Assembly: GCA_942490535.1 (NCBI GenBank)
Contig: CALNXQ010000001.1
Span: 124,396 to 188,395 of the forward strand
DNA: 64,000 nucleotides
Reading direction: 5' to 3'
Source of the DNA: an uncultured Marinilabiliaceae bacterium
GTDB taxonomy: Bacteria > Bacteroidota > Bacteroidia > Bacteroidales > Marinilabiliaceae
This document shows, one piece after another, positions 44,162-54,620 of this stretch (its first letter is position 1; each line of letters begins with the position of its first letter). The notes below the pieces were generated by a model. It saw only the letters and a program-made list of their open reading frames with translations. It did no database searches and was not told where the DNA came from. A program made the position numbers and the translations under genes.

Positions 44162-44803
44162 ATGGTTGTGGTGCGAAGACTTTTTATTGTATTTTCTTTT
44201 TTGGTTTGGACTTTTGTTCACTTGAGTGGGCAAAGTATAACATTCAAAACACGCGAAAATGGTTATTTTCGTGAGGTATTTGGGGTGGATAAGAATGATA
44301 CAACCTTGAGAAAGGGACGTTATTTTCATTATTATAAAGGCCGAATCATTGAGAAAGGACGGTATCTTGACAATCGTCAAATTGGTAAATGGCAATATTT
44401 CAACTTGAATAATATCCTGGAATATGAATATGATTACGATCATGAAAAAGTAGTGCGCATTGCAGGAACCGAACCACGTGAATTGGCTAAAGGTACGCCA
44501 TGCATGTTCAAAGGCAGCCCGCTTATTCCATATCTGTTTATCGTAGGCCATCTGAATTACCCCGAGCAGGCCAAAGAACTTGATATATCAGGAGAAGTAG
44601 AGCTTGGGTTGCGAATTTTAAAAGATGGTCGTATTCACAGTTACTATTTGTCCAAAAAATTACATCCTATCCTCGATCGGGCAGTGATGCAGGTAGCAAG
44701 CAAAATACCCTCCGAATGGGAGTTTTTAGCGGCAACACGGATGGGAAGCCCAATTGATGGCGAGTATAGAATTGCCATTCAGTTTGAATTGGATTCAAAA
44801 TAA
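44162..44803 (+). CDS. Secreted TonB C-terminal-domain protein with N-terminal MORN-like repeats
   Basis: It has a signal peptide. The C-terminal ~80 aa match the TonB_C pattern (NYPEQAKELDISGEVELGLRILKDGRIHSYYLSKKLHPILDRAVMQVASKIP..W). Confidence 0.55.
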   Translation: MVVVRRLFIVFSFLVWTFVHLSGQSITFKTRENGYFREVFGVDKNDTTLRKGRYFHYYKGRIIEKGRYLDNRQIGKWQYFNLNNILEYEYDYDHEKVVRIAGTEPRELAKGTPCMFKGSPLIPYLFIVGHLNYPEQAKELDISGEVELGLRILKDGRIHSYYLSKKLHPILDRAVMQVASKIPSEWEFLAATRMGSPIDGEYRIAIQFELDSK

Positions 44804-44819
44804 TCTAAATATTTTTCTG

Positions 44820-46958
44820 CTATCCATGTAAGCAGCAATCAATAAAATCTACTAATTCCGACTCATTTGTTAGTGTTAAGATGTTATTTTTACTTGCTGT
44901 ATCAGGTGATGCCCCATCCGGGTCGAAAAATGCAAGGAGATTGGTTGGAATGATTTCAAACAGCTTGTCAAGTCTTTCTTCTTTGGGTTTAGTTTGTAAG
45001 AGAATGCCAGCAATTGGATTGGCAATGGGGATGTTTTGGAGTTCTGTGTCGTTGAATATTTTAATGATCTGATGATTACCGGAAGATTGAATGACGGGTA
45101 ACTCTGGTGCATTAGTATCCTCGCAATAATACATTATCGTTTTGAGATCTCTAGGGTCTATCTCCTGTCTGGATCCTTCAGAAGGGAGTATCAGGTGGAA
45201 GGTGGAACCGACATGTTCTTGTGATTCTACCCACAGAAATCCATTCAAGTGACGGGCCAGTTGTTGACTCATGCTCAATCCCAAGCCGGCTCCCCCGAAT
45301 TCTCGGTTATTGTCCTCATCGGCTTGCCTGAATTTATGGAATATTTTTGCGATCTTAGCTTGTGGAATACCAATGCCGGTATCGGTTACAAAAAAATCAA
45401 TGGATCCATCCGGACGATAAGTATAGCCTAATTTAACGTCTCCGGTATAGGTAAATTTAACCGCGTTATTTAGTAGGTTGCGCAGGATTTGTGCAATGCG
45501 TTCTTGATCTGAATATATAGGTGGTAAGCTGGAGATTCCAATAGGTGAAGTAAGTGAAAAACTGAGGTCGGGTTTGCTTTTTAAGAGTTCAAGGGTAGCT
45601 GTTTTTAGATCTTCCAATAACTGTTCCGGGTTTAGTACTTCGTTTTTAAGCTGAATTTGTCCGGTTTCAATTTTTGAAAATTCAATGATGTCATCTAATA
45701 AATTGAGTAACTCTTGTGCACTGTTTTTGACAATTTGATGAAATTCACGCCGCTCCGAGTGCGATAATTGCGAGTCGCACATTAATTCCGAAAATCCCAT
45801 GATACTGTTCATTGGAGTGCGTACCTCGTGGGACATATTGGCCAGAAAATTGGATTTTAGACGATCTGATTCCTCCGCTTTTTTCTGAGCTATGATATAT
45901 TGTTGTTCAAACTGTACTCGATCTGTAACATCATTTATGATTAATATTTTTGCTTCTTGACCAAAGTAGTTAAAGTTTCGCATAGTGAGATCCACCGGTA
46001 TCGTTTTATCTCCAATCGTGAATGAATGGCCAGTTAATTGACATTTGGTATTGGCTTCTACAGCATCCTTAAAGCAATCACTAAACTCATTTTGCAATGA
46101 GAACGGAATAAAATGGTGAATGTTTTTCTGTTTGAGTTCTTCAAAACTCATAGTTGTTAATTGTGTCGCTAGGCTGTTGGTATCCAGTATGCGTCCGGTA
46201 ATGTCTGTGATAAATATAGCCGAAGTACTCTGGTTAATCATATAACGAAAGTAATTGATGCGCACCTTAAGATCTTCTACTTTTGTTTCAAGGTGTGTGA
46301 CGTCTTCACTAACAATAAATAGGAGACTGGAATTATTATGAATTGGCGTTTGAGTCACTTTTAGTAATAAATGGTTATTGGTTTTATAAAGGGCTGAATT
46401 TTTTATGGCATGCGTTGATGCTAAAATTTCCCCGGGTTGTAATTTTAATAACTCTTTCCAGTGGCGACTTAAAATTGTTTTAAAGGATTGTTGGGTGGAT
46501 TGCTCAAATTGTTCGTTGAAAAATTGTGGTATGCCATCTGCATTTACAATGCATGCAGCATAGGGGATGAGATCAACAACTTGTTGCAGGTGTTCTTCTG
46601 AGATTTGAGTATCTTGATTTGACGGATGTGTAAGTTTTAGCTTTGCTGGTGGGCGACGCCTTGTTTTATTCGATCTTAGATTTACATAAAGAAATACAAC
46701 AATTGCCATTCCCAGAAGTACCGCCATTTGGATAAAAAGGGATCTAAATTCATTTACTTCCTTCGCGGTAAACTGATCGGCTTGCGCATCTTGGCCATAA
46801 GTGATTAATGAACACACGATAAATAAAGTGCAAGATAAAAATGATACTTTGTTTATCATTTTTTCAATATGTTTTTTCCAGTCCATAGTATTCAACAGTG
46901 AAACGAAATTATAAGTTTTAATAGAAAGTAAAAAATGAGGGAGGTAAGAATTCGTCAT
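44820..46958 (-). CDS. Sensor histidine kinase (TM anchor, PAS domain(s), HisKA, HATPase_c); orphan with no adjacent response regulator
   Basis: The H-box is MSHEVRTPMNSIMGF and the G-box is GGAGLGLSMSQQLA. The true start is probably internal (MDWKKH or MINKVS). Confidence 0.75.
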   Translation of the reverse strand: MTNSYLPHFLLSIKTYNFVSLLNTMDWKKHIEKMINKVSFLSCTLFIVCSLITYGQDAQADQFTAKEVNEFRSLFIQMAVLLGMAIVVFLYVNLRSNKTRRRPPAKLKLTHPSNQDTQISEEHLQQVVDLIPYAACIVNADGIPQFFNEQFEQSTQQSFKTILSRHWKELLKLQPGEILASTHAIKNSALYKTNNHLLLKVTQTPIHNNSSLLFIVSEDVTHLETKVEDLKVRINYFRYMINQSTSAIFITDITGRILDTNSLATQLTTMSFEELKQKNIHHFIPFSLQNEFSDCFKDAVEANTKCQLTGHSFTIGDKTIPVDLTMRNFNYFGQEAKILIINDVTDRVQFEQQYIIAQKKAEESDRLKSNFLANMSHEVRTPMNSIMGFSELMCDSQLSHSERREFHQIVKNSAQELLNLLDDIIEFSKIETGQIQLKNEVLNPEQLLEDLKTATLELLKSKPDLSFSLTSPIGISSLPPIYSDQERIAQILRNLLNNAVKFTYTGDVKLGYTYRPDGSIDFFVTDTGIGIPQAKIAKIFHKFRQADEDNNREFGGAGLGLSMSQQLARHLNGFLWVESQEHVGSTFHLILPSEGSRQEIDPRDLKTIMYYCEDTNAPELPVIQSSGNHQIIKIFNDTELQNIPIANPIAGILLQTKPKEERLDKLFEIIPTNLLAFFDPDGASPDTASKNNILTLTNESELVDFIDCCLHG

Positions 46959-47106
46959 TCTTCTTATTTAACAAAGGTGTTTGGTGCAACGGCAAAGGAT
47001 ATCAGGAGATCGTTAAATAAAATTAAAAACTAATAAATGTACTTGTTTATCGGGTTTTCATCTCTGCAATGTAACATGGTAATAGTCCTGAAATGCTTAT
47101 CTTTAT

Positions 47107-47114
47107 TATCTTTG
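47107..47114 (+). promoter_or_regulatory. -7 promoter box TATCTTTG upstream of argS
   Basis: It matches TAnnTTTG and lies 38 nt upstream of the argS ATG at 47153. Confidence 0.4.
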
Positions 47115-47152
47115 CGTTTCGAAAAATAACGCTCACATTAAATAGGAATAGA

Positions 47153-48946
47153 ATGGGAATTGAAAGTCAGATCAAAGCTTCTGTGGTAAAAGCGGTTCAG
47201 GAGTTGTATGGTGAAACGATTGAGGCCGACTCAGTTCAGTTGCAATTAACCCGAAAAGATATGACAGGGGATTATACCGTTGTGGTATTTCCACTTTTAA
47301 AAGTATCAAAAAAAAATCCGGTTGAAACGGGGAATGAAATCGGGGAATTTCTGAAAAAAGACTGCGGTGATGTGGCGCAGTTTGCGGTTATTAAAGGATT
47401 CTTGAACTTGGTATTATCCCATTCTTACTGGGTGAATCTGCTTAATCGTATTTCCGATATTGAAAATCATGGCATTAAACGAGCTGATGAGAATTCACCT
47501 TTGGTAATGATTGAATATTCTTCGCCAAATACAAATAAACCCTTGCACCTGGGGCATATTCGAAATAATTTACTCGGTTTTTCATTGGCACGTGTTGTAG
47601 AAGCCAATGGTAATAAGGTGGTAAAGACAAATATTGTCAATGATCGGGGAATTCATATTTGTAAGTCGATGTTGGCTTGGAAAAAGTGGGGCGAAGGTCA
47701 GACACCTGAATCAACTGGAAAGAAAGGGGATCACCTGGTGGGTGATTTCTATGTGAAATTTGATCAGGAGTATAAGAAAGAGCAGAAAGAATTGATGGAT
47801 GCCGGTCAAAGCAAAGAAGAGGCAGAAGCCAGCTCACCATTGATGAAAGAAGCACGTGAGATGTTGCGTTTATGGGAGGCCCATGATACGGAAGTGTTTG
47901 GGCTGTGGAAAATGATGAATGAATGGGTGTACGCAGGTTTTGATGTGACTTATAAGACCATGGGTGTTGGCTTCGATAAAATCTACTACGAATCGGATAC
48001 TTATAAGGTTGGCCGTGACATGGTTATGGAAGGGCTGGATAAAGGTGTTTTCTATCGTCGCGAAGATAACAGTGTTTGGTCCAATCTGGAAAATGATGGG
48101 CTGGATGAGAAGTTGTTATTGCGTGCCGATGGAACTAGTGTATATATGACCCAGGATATTGGGACGGCTAAATTGCGTTATGACGATTACAACATTGATA
48201 AAATGGTGTATGTGGTAGGTAACGAGCAAAATTATCACTTTAAGGTATTAGCTTTGTTATTGGATAAGTTAGGTCTGGAGTGGGGTAAGGATTTAGTTCA
48301 CTTCTCATATGGCATGGTAGAGTTACCGGAGGGGAAAATGAAATCTCGCGAAGGAACTGTGGTGGATGCTGATGATTTGATGGAGGAGATGGTGAATACA
48401 GCCCGGGATATGTCTAAAGAGTTGGGTAAATTGGAAGGGTATTCTGAAGAGGAAGCTGAGCAGGTCTATCGCACGATTGCTTTGGGAGCGTTGAAATATT
48501 TCATCCTGAAGGTTGATCCGCGCAAGAACATGACCTTTGATCCCAAGGAGTCCATTGATTTCAATGGAAATACCGGACCGTTTATTCAATATACATACGC
48601 GCGTATTAACTCCGTTGTTCGCAAGGCAATTGACAAAGGATTTGATGCACCTGATTATGCCAATACGAATGTTGAATTAAGAGAAAAGGAAGTTCAGCTC
48701 ATGAGTATGTTGGCCAATTTCCCCAATGTAGTGGCTGAAGCTGGAAATGTGTATAGTCCTGCTATTATCGCAAATTACGCATATGACTTGGCGAAAGAAT
48801 TTAATCAGTTCTATCATGGATCACCCATAGCTTTTGAGGAAGATGAAGATATACGAGGCATGCGATTGGTATTGTGTAAAAACATTGGAAAGACCATTAA
48901 AAATGCGATGTGGATGTTAGGTATTGATGTGCCTGATCGCATGTAA
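47153..48946 (+). CDS. argS: Arginyl-tRNA synthetase
   Basis: The HIGH motif is in PNTNKPLHLGHIRNNL, and there is a class I core with the DALR anticodon-binding C-terminus. The start was trimmed from 47093 to the internal Met that matches ArgS N-termini. Confidence 0.9.
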   Translation: MGIESQIKASVVKAVQELYGETIEADSVQLQLTRKDMTGDYTVVVFPLLKVSKKNPVETGNEIGEFLKKDCGDVAQFAVIKGFLNLVLSHSYWVNLLNRISDIENHGIKRADENSPLVMIEYSSPNTNKPLHLGHIRNNLLGFSLARVVEANGNKVVKTNIVNDRGIHICKSMLAWKKWGEGQTPESTGKKGDHLVGDFYVKFDQEYKKEQKELMDAGQSKEEAEASSPLMKEAREMLRLWEAHDTEVFGLWKMMNEWVYAGFDVTYKTMGVGFDKIYYESDTYKVGRDMVMEGLDKGVFYRREDNSVWSNLENDGLDEKLLLRADGTSVYMTQDIGTAKLRYDDYNIDKMVYVVGNEQNYHFKVLALLLDKLGLEWGKDLVHFSYGMVELPEGKMKSREGTVVDADDLMEEMVNTARDMSKELGKLEGYSEEEAEQVYRTIALGALKYFILKVDPRKNMTFDPKESIDFNGNTGPFIQYTYARINSVVRKAIDKGFDAPDYANTNVELREKEVQLMSMLANFPNVVAEAGNVYSPAIIANYAYDLAKEFNQFYHGSPIAFEEDEDIRGMRLVLCKNIGKTIKNAMWMLGIDVPDRM

Positions 48947-49025
48947 AAAAATAGAATTGTTCACTATTTAAAGGCTACCTGTAAGGGTGGCCTTTGTGTT
49001 TTTAAGTCGAAGTGTAGGTCTGTAA

Positions 49026-51917
49026 TTACGCTAAAGGTAATGCAATAGCGAAACAACTTCCTTTTCCCGGTTCACTGGAAACAGCTATGGATCCCCCTTG
49101 TTTCTCAATAAATTCTTTACACAGGATGAGGCCCAGACCAGTGCCGGTTTCTTTGTTCGTACCAGGGGTTGAATAATTGGACTCAATTTTAAACAGTTTC
49201 GCTAGCTCCTTTTTTTCAATGCCAATACCGGTGTCTGAAATGGAGATGATTGCTTTGTTTCTGTTTGTTTTTGTGGTGATGGTAATGAATCCGTTTTCGG
49301 GGGTGAACTTAATGGCATTGGAAAGTAGATTGCGAATCACGGTTTCTAGCATGTGTTTATCGCCCAATAAAAAAAGGTTGGGCTCTAAATGTGTTTGGAT
49401 GTGAATGTTTTTCGTATCAAAACCTGTTTGAAAAAAAACAACTAGATTGTTTATGATGACACCAATGTCATGTCTTTTTAATGAAATTTGAATTCTACCG
49501 GTTTGTGTTCGCGACCATTCCAATAAGTTTGTAAGGAGATTGTTACTGTGATTGGTGGCTTGTAAAATCAATTTACTGAAGCGTTCTACTTCTGTAAATC
49601 GATTATGTTTAACGCGATCAATCATTAATTCAGAAAATCCCAGAATTACATTGAAGGGTGCCCGCAGGTCATGGGCAATGATGGAAAAGAACTTGTCTTT
49701 AGTGGCATTCAAGGCTATAAGTTGCTTATTTTGAGCAAGTATTTTTTCTCTCGTCTTTTTCTGTTCAGTGACGTCGCGAATCATGGCAAAGGCTGAGGTT
49801 GGCTGCCTGTTTTCATCGTATTGTACTTCCGCTGAGAGCATCACGTCAATGACCTCTCCTGTTTTTTTTACAAATTCGAATTCTAAATCCTTTATTTCTC
49901 CGATTTTAAATAGAGAGGATATTTTTACCGAAGCTTTTTTTCTTGAGGATTCCGTCAGGAATTCAACTGATTTTTTGCCCAATACTTCGTCCTGTTTATA
50001 CCCCAGCTTATTGAGCCAATATTGATTCACCGAGATGAGTTGCCCCTCCATGTTTATGGCATGCATCATAATCGGAGTGTTGTCATAGAGTTTTTTGAGT
50101 TGCTGTTCACTTTTGCGAATGCGTTGCTCAATTTGCTTGCGTTCAGTAACGTCTACAAAGGTTGTGATTTGGTCGTTGCCCAATGACTCAAAGCTAAATT
50201 CGATGACGCGATCAGTCCCGTCTTTACAGCGAACAAGTCCTTCCATGGGTCGGAATTTTTTGTGCCTGGATGTACAAAGTTCGACTTCGTTATCCCATCT
50301 GCGCAAAATGTCTGCTCTGTATTTTGGATCAGGGTAGGCCAAAAGAAACCAGTGATTAATGGTGGGGATGTCCTGGAGGGTGTAGCCAAAGAGTTCAATA
50401 AATTTGTGGTTGAGCATTTGTATCGTATTATCTTTTTGACTTATTGCAATACCAATAGGTGATGAGTCCAGGTAAGTATGCAGTTTATTTTGACTGTAAA
50501 TCAGGGCTAACTCAGTTGCCCTGCGTTGAGTAATGTCGGATGCATAACCTTCAATGATAACGTCATTATTGATTGTTTTTTTGTTGGTGATTCTATCATG
50601 AAGCCAAATCCATTTTCCTTGAGCTGATTGTACCCTATATTCCAGGTCAATGATTTTATCAAAAATGTCATTTTCGATGGCATCTTTCACTGCAGGTAGA
50701 TCATCCGGATGAATGGCTGCGTTCCATTTAAACGGGTTTTTTAATAAGTCGTTAGGCTCGAATCCAAGAATATCCCTAACGCGGGGCGACCAGTATAAAG
50801 CACCGCGTTTTTTAGAATAGAGGTAGATGATATCAGGTGAGTTCTCAACTAATTTTTTAAAGCGTTCCTCGCTATAAAGTAATTCTTGTTCGATTCTCTT
50901 TTGTTCAGTTATTTCGTTTATTACACCAACAAAGTATATCGGTTCTCCGTTGTCATAGATGAACGAAACAGATAAGTCAACCCAAATCGTTTTACCTTTT
51001 TTTGTGATGTATCTTTTTTCATAACTAATCTCATGCAGATGAGCATTTATTGCATCAGATAATTTCTTCTGCTCTGAATCAATATCGTCCGGATGGGTGT
51101 ACTCTTTAAAATTCATCTGTAATAATTCTTCCGAGCTATAACCGGTTATTTTTTCATAGGCTTTATTTACAGTTAAAAGCTGACCCGAAACGGCTGTGAA
51201 TGCAATTCCGGAAATGAGGTTGTCAAAAATACTCCGAAAACGTTGGTCTCTCTCCTGAATCGCTTTTTTGATTTCTTGCTTTTGTTGTGATTGCTTAATG
51301 AGTAAATTTTTATATCCAATATCTGCGATTATTTGTGCTAATCCGGCATAAAAATGGATGAGGCTATCCACTTTTGGGCGGGGGAGTATGGGAACTTGAT
51401 CAAGTTTATTGAAGTAGTCAACTTTGTCAAAACCATATTTTTCCGCTTGCTGTTCAAAGAAGTGTCGATCGATCGGCTCATCATCATAAAAGAATTGACC
51501 AAAGAAAATGTATGCCACATTATTGTTGTTAATAATGATGGGGCAAGCAAAGTCCCATAAACCATTTTTACATTTGTAGGTAATGGGATGGTTAGGAGTT
51601 TGTTGAGAGAAAAAAGCATCGCTGATCTTGCAGTTCTGACATGATGCCTGATTAACCCGATGGTACTTTGTGCAAATCTCTTGCCAGCCTAATCCGATCA
51701 GAATGTTATTGTCCTGGTCACCAATCGCAATGGCATAACCCGTCAGTTTGTGAAAATGATCCAATAAATTTCTGAGCTGATCAATATCAATCAGTTCCGT
51801 CAGTGAAAGGGGAGCGTCTGTTTGTGACGGTTGTACCTCTTTTTTTAGATGGTTTAATTCCGTCTCCAGCAGTTCCTTTTCCCTTTGTAGTTCTTCGTAT
51901 GTAGGACGTTTTTTCAT
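49026..51917 (-). CDS. Cytoplasmic multi-sensor histidine kinase: N-terminal coiled-coil, PocR-like Cys-rich sensor domain, three PAS domains, HisKA, HATPase_c
   Basis: The Cys/His-rich segment is CTKYHRVNQASCQNCK...KCKNGLWDFACP. The H-box is IAHDLRAPFNVILGF and the G-box is GTGLGLILCKEF. No TM or receiver domain is present. Confidence 0.7.
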   Translation of the reverse strand: MKKRPTYEELQREKELLETELNHLKKEVQPSQTDAPLSLTELIDIDQLRNLLDHFHKLTGYAIAIGDQDNNILIGLGWQEICTKYHRVNQASCQNCKISDAFFSQQTPNHPITYKCKNGLWDFACPIIINNNNVAYIFFGQFFYDDEPIDRHFFEQQAEKYGFDKVDYFNKLDQVPILPRPKVDSLIHFYAGLAQIIADIGYKNLLIKQSQQKQEIKKAIQERDQRFRSIFDNLISGIAFTAVSGQLLTVNKAYEKITGYSSEELLQMNFKEYTHPDDIDSEQKKLSDAINAHLHEISYEKRYITKKGKTIWVDLSVSFIYDNGEPIYFVGVINEITEQKRIEQELLYSEERFKKLVENSPDIIYLYSKKRGALYWSPRVRDILGFEPNDLLKNPFKWNAAIHPDDLPAVKDAIENDIFDKIIDLEYRVQSAQGKWIWLHDRITNKKTINNDVIIEGYASDITQRRATELALIYSQNKLHTYLDSSPIGIAISQKDNTIQMLNHKFIELFGYTLQDIPTINHWFLLAYPDPKYRADILRRWDNEVELCTSRHKKFRPMEGLVRCKDGTDRVIEFSFESLGNDQITTFVDVTERKQIEQRIRKSEQQLKKLYDNTPIMMHAINMEGQLISVNQYWLNKLGYKQDEVLGKKSVEFLTESSRKKASVKISSLFKIGEIKDLEFEFVKKTGEVIDVMLSAEVQYDENRQPTSAFAMIRDVTEQKKTREKILAQNKQLIALNATKDKFFSIIAHDLRAPFNVILGFSELMIDRVKHNRFTEVERFSKLILQATNHSNNLLTNLLEWSRTQTGRIQISLKRHDIGVIINNLVVFFQTGFDTKNIHIQTHLEPNLFLLGDKHMLETVIRNLLSNAIKFTPENGFITITTKTNRNKAIISISDTGIGIEKKELAKLFKIESNYSTPGTNKETGTGLGLILCKEFIEKQGGSIAVSSEPGKGSCFAIALPLA

Positions 51918-52074
51918 GGGCCCGATACAGGCTTGTTATGGCACCATTAGATAACAAACCAAAAGATACGTAATAATCGGACAAATAAGAATCGAATAGA
52001 GAAGTTATTTATTGAATGATTCATATACTATCAATTCTTCGTTGGGATTGATAGATCAGGCAATTTTATGAAAT

Positions 52075-52470
52075 CTAATTGTTAACAGATCGTTCAAATT
52101 TTTTTCGTTGTTTATTGGCCCACCAGAAAAAACTAAACGGGGATAATAAAAGGGTCGGAAGGGTAGAGAAAAGAGGTTCGGGAGTTCCTTTGATGGAGTG
52201 AAGGATGTAAGTGAGTAAAGTGGCAAATAAGGTGGGTAATGTTACAGCAATGAGTATGGCACGGGTTCGCTCATCTATTTTGTGTACCAGGTTCTCCACA
52301 AACTTCATGGTGATACCACCCATAAAGAAAGTATACGAACCTTGTTTTAGCGCAGCAACAATCGATAAGTTAAACCCATGTGATGCATTTATGGTGTAAA
52401 TTAAAGATCCCATAAAAACCCCCCCAATGGTACCCATTAACGGATCAAAATATTTGTTGCGTCTAATCAT
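52075..52470 (-). CDS. Hypothetical small integral membrane protein (3-4 TM)
   Basis: Hydrophobicity only; no recognisable family. Confidence 0.4.
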   Translation of the reverse strand: MIRRNKYFDPLMGTIGGVFMGSLIYTINASHGFNLSIVAALKQGSYTFFMGGITMKFVENLVHKIDERTRAILIAVTLPTLFATLLTYILHSIKGTPEPLFSTLPTLLLSPFSFFWWANKQRKKFERSVNN

Positions 52471-52679
52471 CTAGTAAAATTGATGTTTGGAATTTATTTA
52501 CTATAATTCAGCAAAGATAAAAAAATTAACCGTAGGTTAAATTTTAAGCGTTTGGTTTAGATTTTTACATGGTTGTACTGGACTCTTTTAGAGGGGATCT
52601 TGCTCGGGAAAGAATTTTACAAATTATCTAAATCGATTAATTGGTCGCCAATAAATTATTAAAAATACTTTCAGATATT

Positions 52680-53741
52680 TTAGTGAAGTTCAAATTCTAC
52701 CATTAGCGCTTTATGATCCGATGGCCAAATATTGAGGGGTGTTACGATGGGATCTTCGGTCTTCTGAACCTCCCGTTTACCGTACGCAACAGTTCCAACC
52801 GGACCCACTATGCTGGCACTTTTTAAGGTCAGGTTGGTATGGGGATAATAAAAAATGTAATCGATTCGATCACGGTCATCGGCTTCCGGCGCCCAGGCTA
52901 GTTTTTCAATGGGCACATGGACACAATCTGCCGGATATGTAAATCCGGGGTGGGTCACTGGATTTTGGTACAGTTCTCGGTAAGCATCTTTCAGACCTGC
53001 GTTTTCTATCAGTGTCGTGGTAAGCCAGGGAACAACCATTCCATTGTGATCATACATATTTCTATTGGCTGCCACCCAGTCGAGGTGCGATGGTTCATTT
53101 AAATCGCCTCCCAATATAACGATGCGACCTTGTTCATGTTCTTTTCTAGCATCCGCAAGAAAAAGTTGGATTGCATCATCCCGTTGAGATGCTGCGTTAT
53201 CATAGAGGATTGTATCCACATCTGAAACCTGCTTATCCAGTTTAATCCAAGTTGTTCCGCAATAACCCCGGGGCAGGTATAAAGCACAATGCCGGTAATC
53301 CAGATGCGCGGTGTAGATGGCAACCAGATGGCCATTCATATCTGCTACCGCCTTGTATATGCTCCCGTGATCATCTTTTTCCGGGAAAATGGTGGTGCTA
53401 TCAATAAGTGGATAGCGACTGAGAATACCGGAATCATAACTGTAGAAAGTGTAAAACTGGTGTCCATGTTGTTTTAAGGAGGCTACAATTCGGTCGCAGA
53501 ATCGGGTTTGGTTGTAATTTCGGACTTCGCTTAACGTCACAAAATCAGCCTCTGAGCGGATGATCTCATCAACAATGGCTTGATAACCATCTTCTACAAC
53601 AGTGCCTTCTTGCCAAATATTAAACTGTAATACTTTTAATGATTGAGTTCGGGAGCAACTAAACAGCGTTACAATCAATGCAATTCCCAGGAGTTTACGT
53701 CGGTATATCATTATCTTATTATTTGATTCCAAATGTAACAA
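52680..53741 (-). CDS. Endonuclease/exonuclease/phosphatase (EEP) family protein, lipoprotein
   Basis: The EEP pattern is seen (LQFNIW...TLSEV, catalytic His/Asp near the C-terminus SDHKALMVEF). A lipobox (LFSCS) is present after the internal start MIYRRK. Confidence 0.65.
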   Translation of the reverse strand: MLHLESNNKIMIYRRKLLGIALIVTLFSCSRTQSLKVLQFNIWQEGTVVEDGYQAIVDEIIRSEADFVTLSEVRNYNQTRFCDRIVASLKQHGHQFYTFYSYDSGILSRYPLIDSTTIFPEKDDHGSIYKAVADMNGHLVAIYTAHLDYRHCALYLPRGYCGTTWIKLDKQVSDVDTILYDNAASQRDDAIQLFLADARKEHEQGRIVILGGDLNEPSHLDWVAANRNMYDHNGMVVPWLTTTLIENAGLKDAYRELYQNPVTHPGFTYPADCVHVPIEKLAWAPEADDRDRIDYIFYYPHTNLTLKSASIVGPVGTVAYGKREVQKTEDPIVTPLNIWPSDHKALMVEFELH

Positions 53742-53925
53742 TAGTTGTTTAAAGGAATTGTTGGTTAATATGAATTAAACTGAAGTTATATAATATGGTG
53801 GATATTTATGTGTTATAAGGATAGGCGAGCAGATGTGCATATAAAAACCGCTATAAATGGGCGATAAAATGACTCTATGATTTGATATTTTAAACAATAT
53901 TGTTGAGATTGGTATCGTTTATTAA

Positions 53926-54549
53926 ATGTATTACTATTCTGAAATAATAGATGGAATGAAGGACTTAACGTTTTTAACACTATTACTCCTCATTGGTTGG
54001 GCCCCTTTAAAGGCACAAACAACCGAAGAAGTGGATCCAATGACATCAGGCACGATTCAAGAGCAGTTTGATTATGTGATTAAGAAATCAAGTAGCTACG
54101 AGGATTTCAAAGTAGTGAGATTGAAATCACTTAATCAATTGAAATCACATGCTTCAGATAGTATCCTTCAATTGAGGAATGCCCAAAAGATCTCTCAACG
54201 TGAAATTCGTGCAGGTATCCAAAAGATCGATTCATTAAATGCAATTGTTTCAGATGTGAGAGGGCAACTGCAGGCGGCTGTCAAATCGAAAAATGCGCTC
54301 GTTTTTTTAGGAATGGAGTTGGGTAAAACCCTTTATAACTCGATCATGTGGGCTTTGGTTTTCATTTTGATGGCCATCACAATTGGCATGTTTTTGATGT
54401 TTAAGCGAGGCCATCATGTAACCAAAGAAACGAAAACGCGCCTAGCTGAAGTGGAGGCTGAGTTTGAAAATCATCGGAAAACGGCTTTACGCCGTGAACA
54501 GAAATTAGCGCGCGAATTAATGGATGAGCGTATGAAAGGTAAAATGTAA
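53926..54549 (+). CDS. Hypothetical secreted, membrane-anchored coiled-coil protein
   Basis: It has a signal peptide (internal start MKDLTFLTLLLL), a coiled-coil, one C-terminal TM segment and a basic tail. Confidence 0.45.
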   Translation: MYYYSEIIDGMKDLTFLTLLLLIGWAPLKAQTTEEVDPMTSGTIQEQFDYVIKKSSSYEDFKVVRLKSLNQLKSHASDSILQLRNAQKISQREIRAGIQKIDSLNAIVSDVRGQLQAAVKSKNALVFLGMELGKTLYNSIMWALVFILMAITIGMFLMFKRGHHVTKETKTRLAEVEAEFENHRKTALRREQKLARELMDERMKGKM

Positions 54550-54620
54550 AATCAATTTGTTAATCAAAATACAAAGATCCTTGTTTACTAACAGGGATCT
54601 TTTTTGTTGTAAATTGAGGT

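Noticed and set aside
47093-47152. 20-codon N-terminal extension of argS (MLIFIIFAFRKITLTLNRNR)
   Set aside because: It overlaps the predicted -7 promoter box at 47107-47114 and does not resemble ArgS N-termini. The internal Met at 47153 matches the conserved start.
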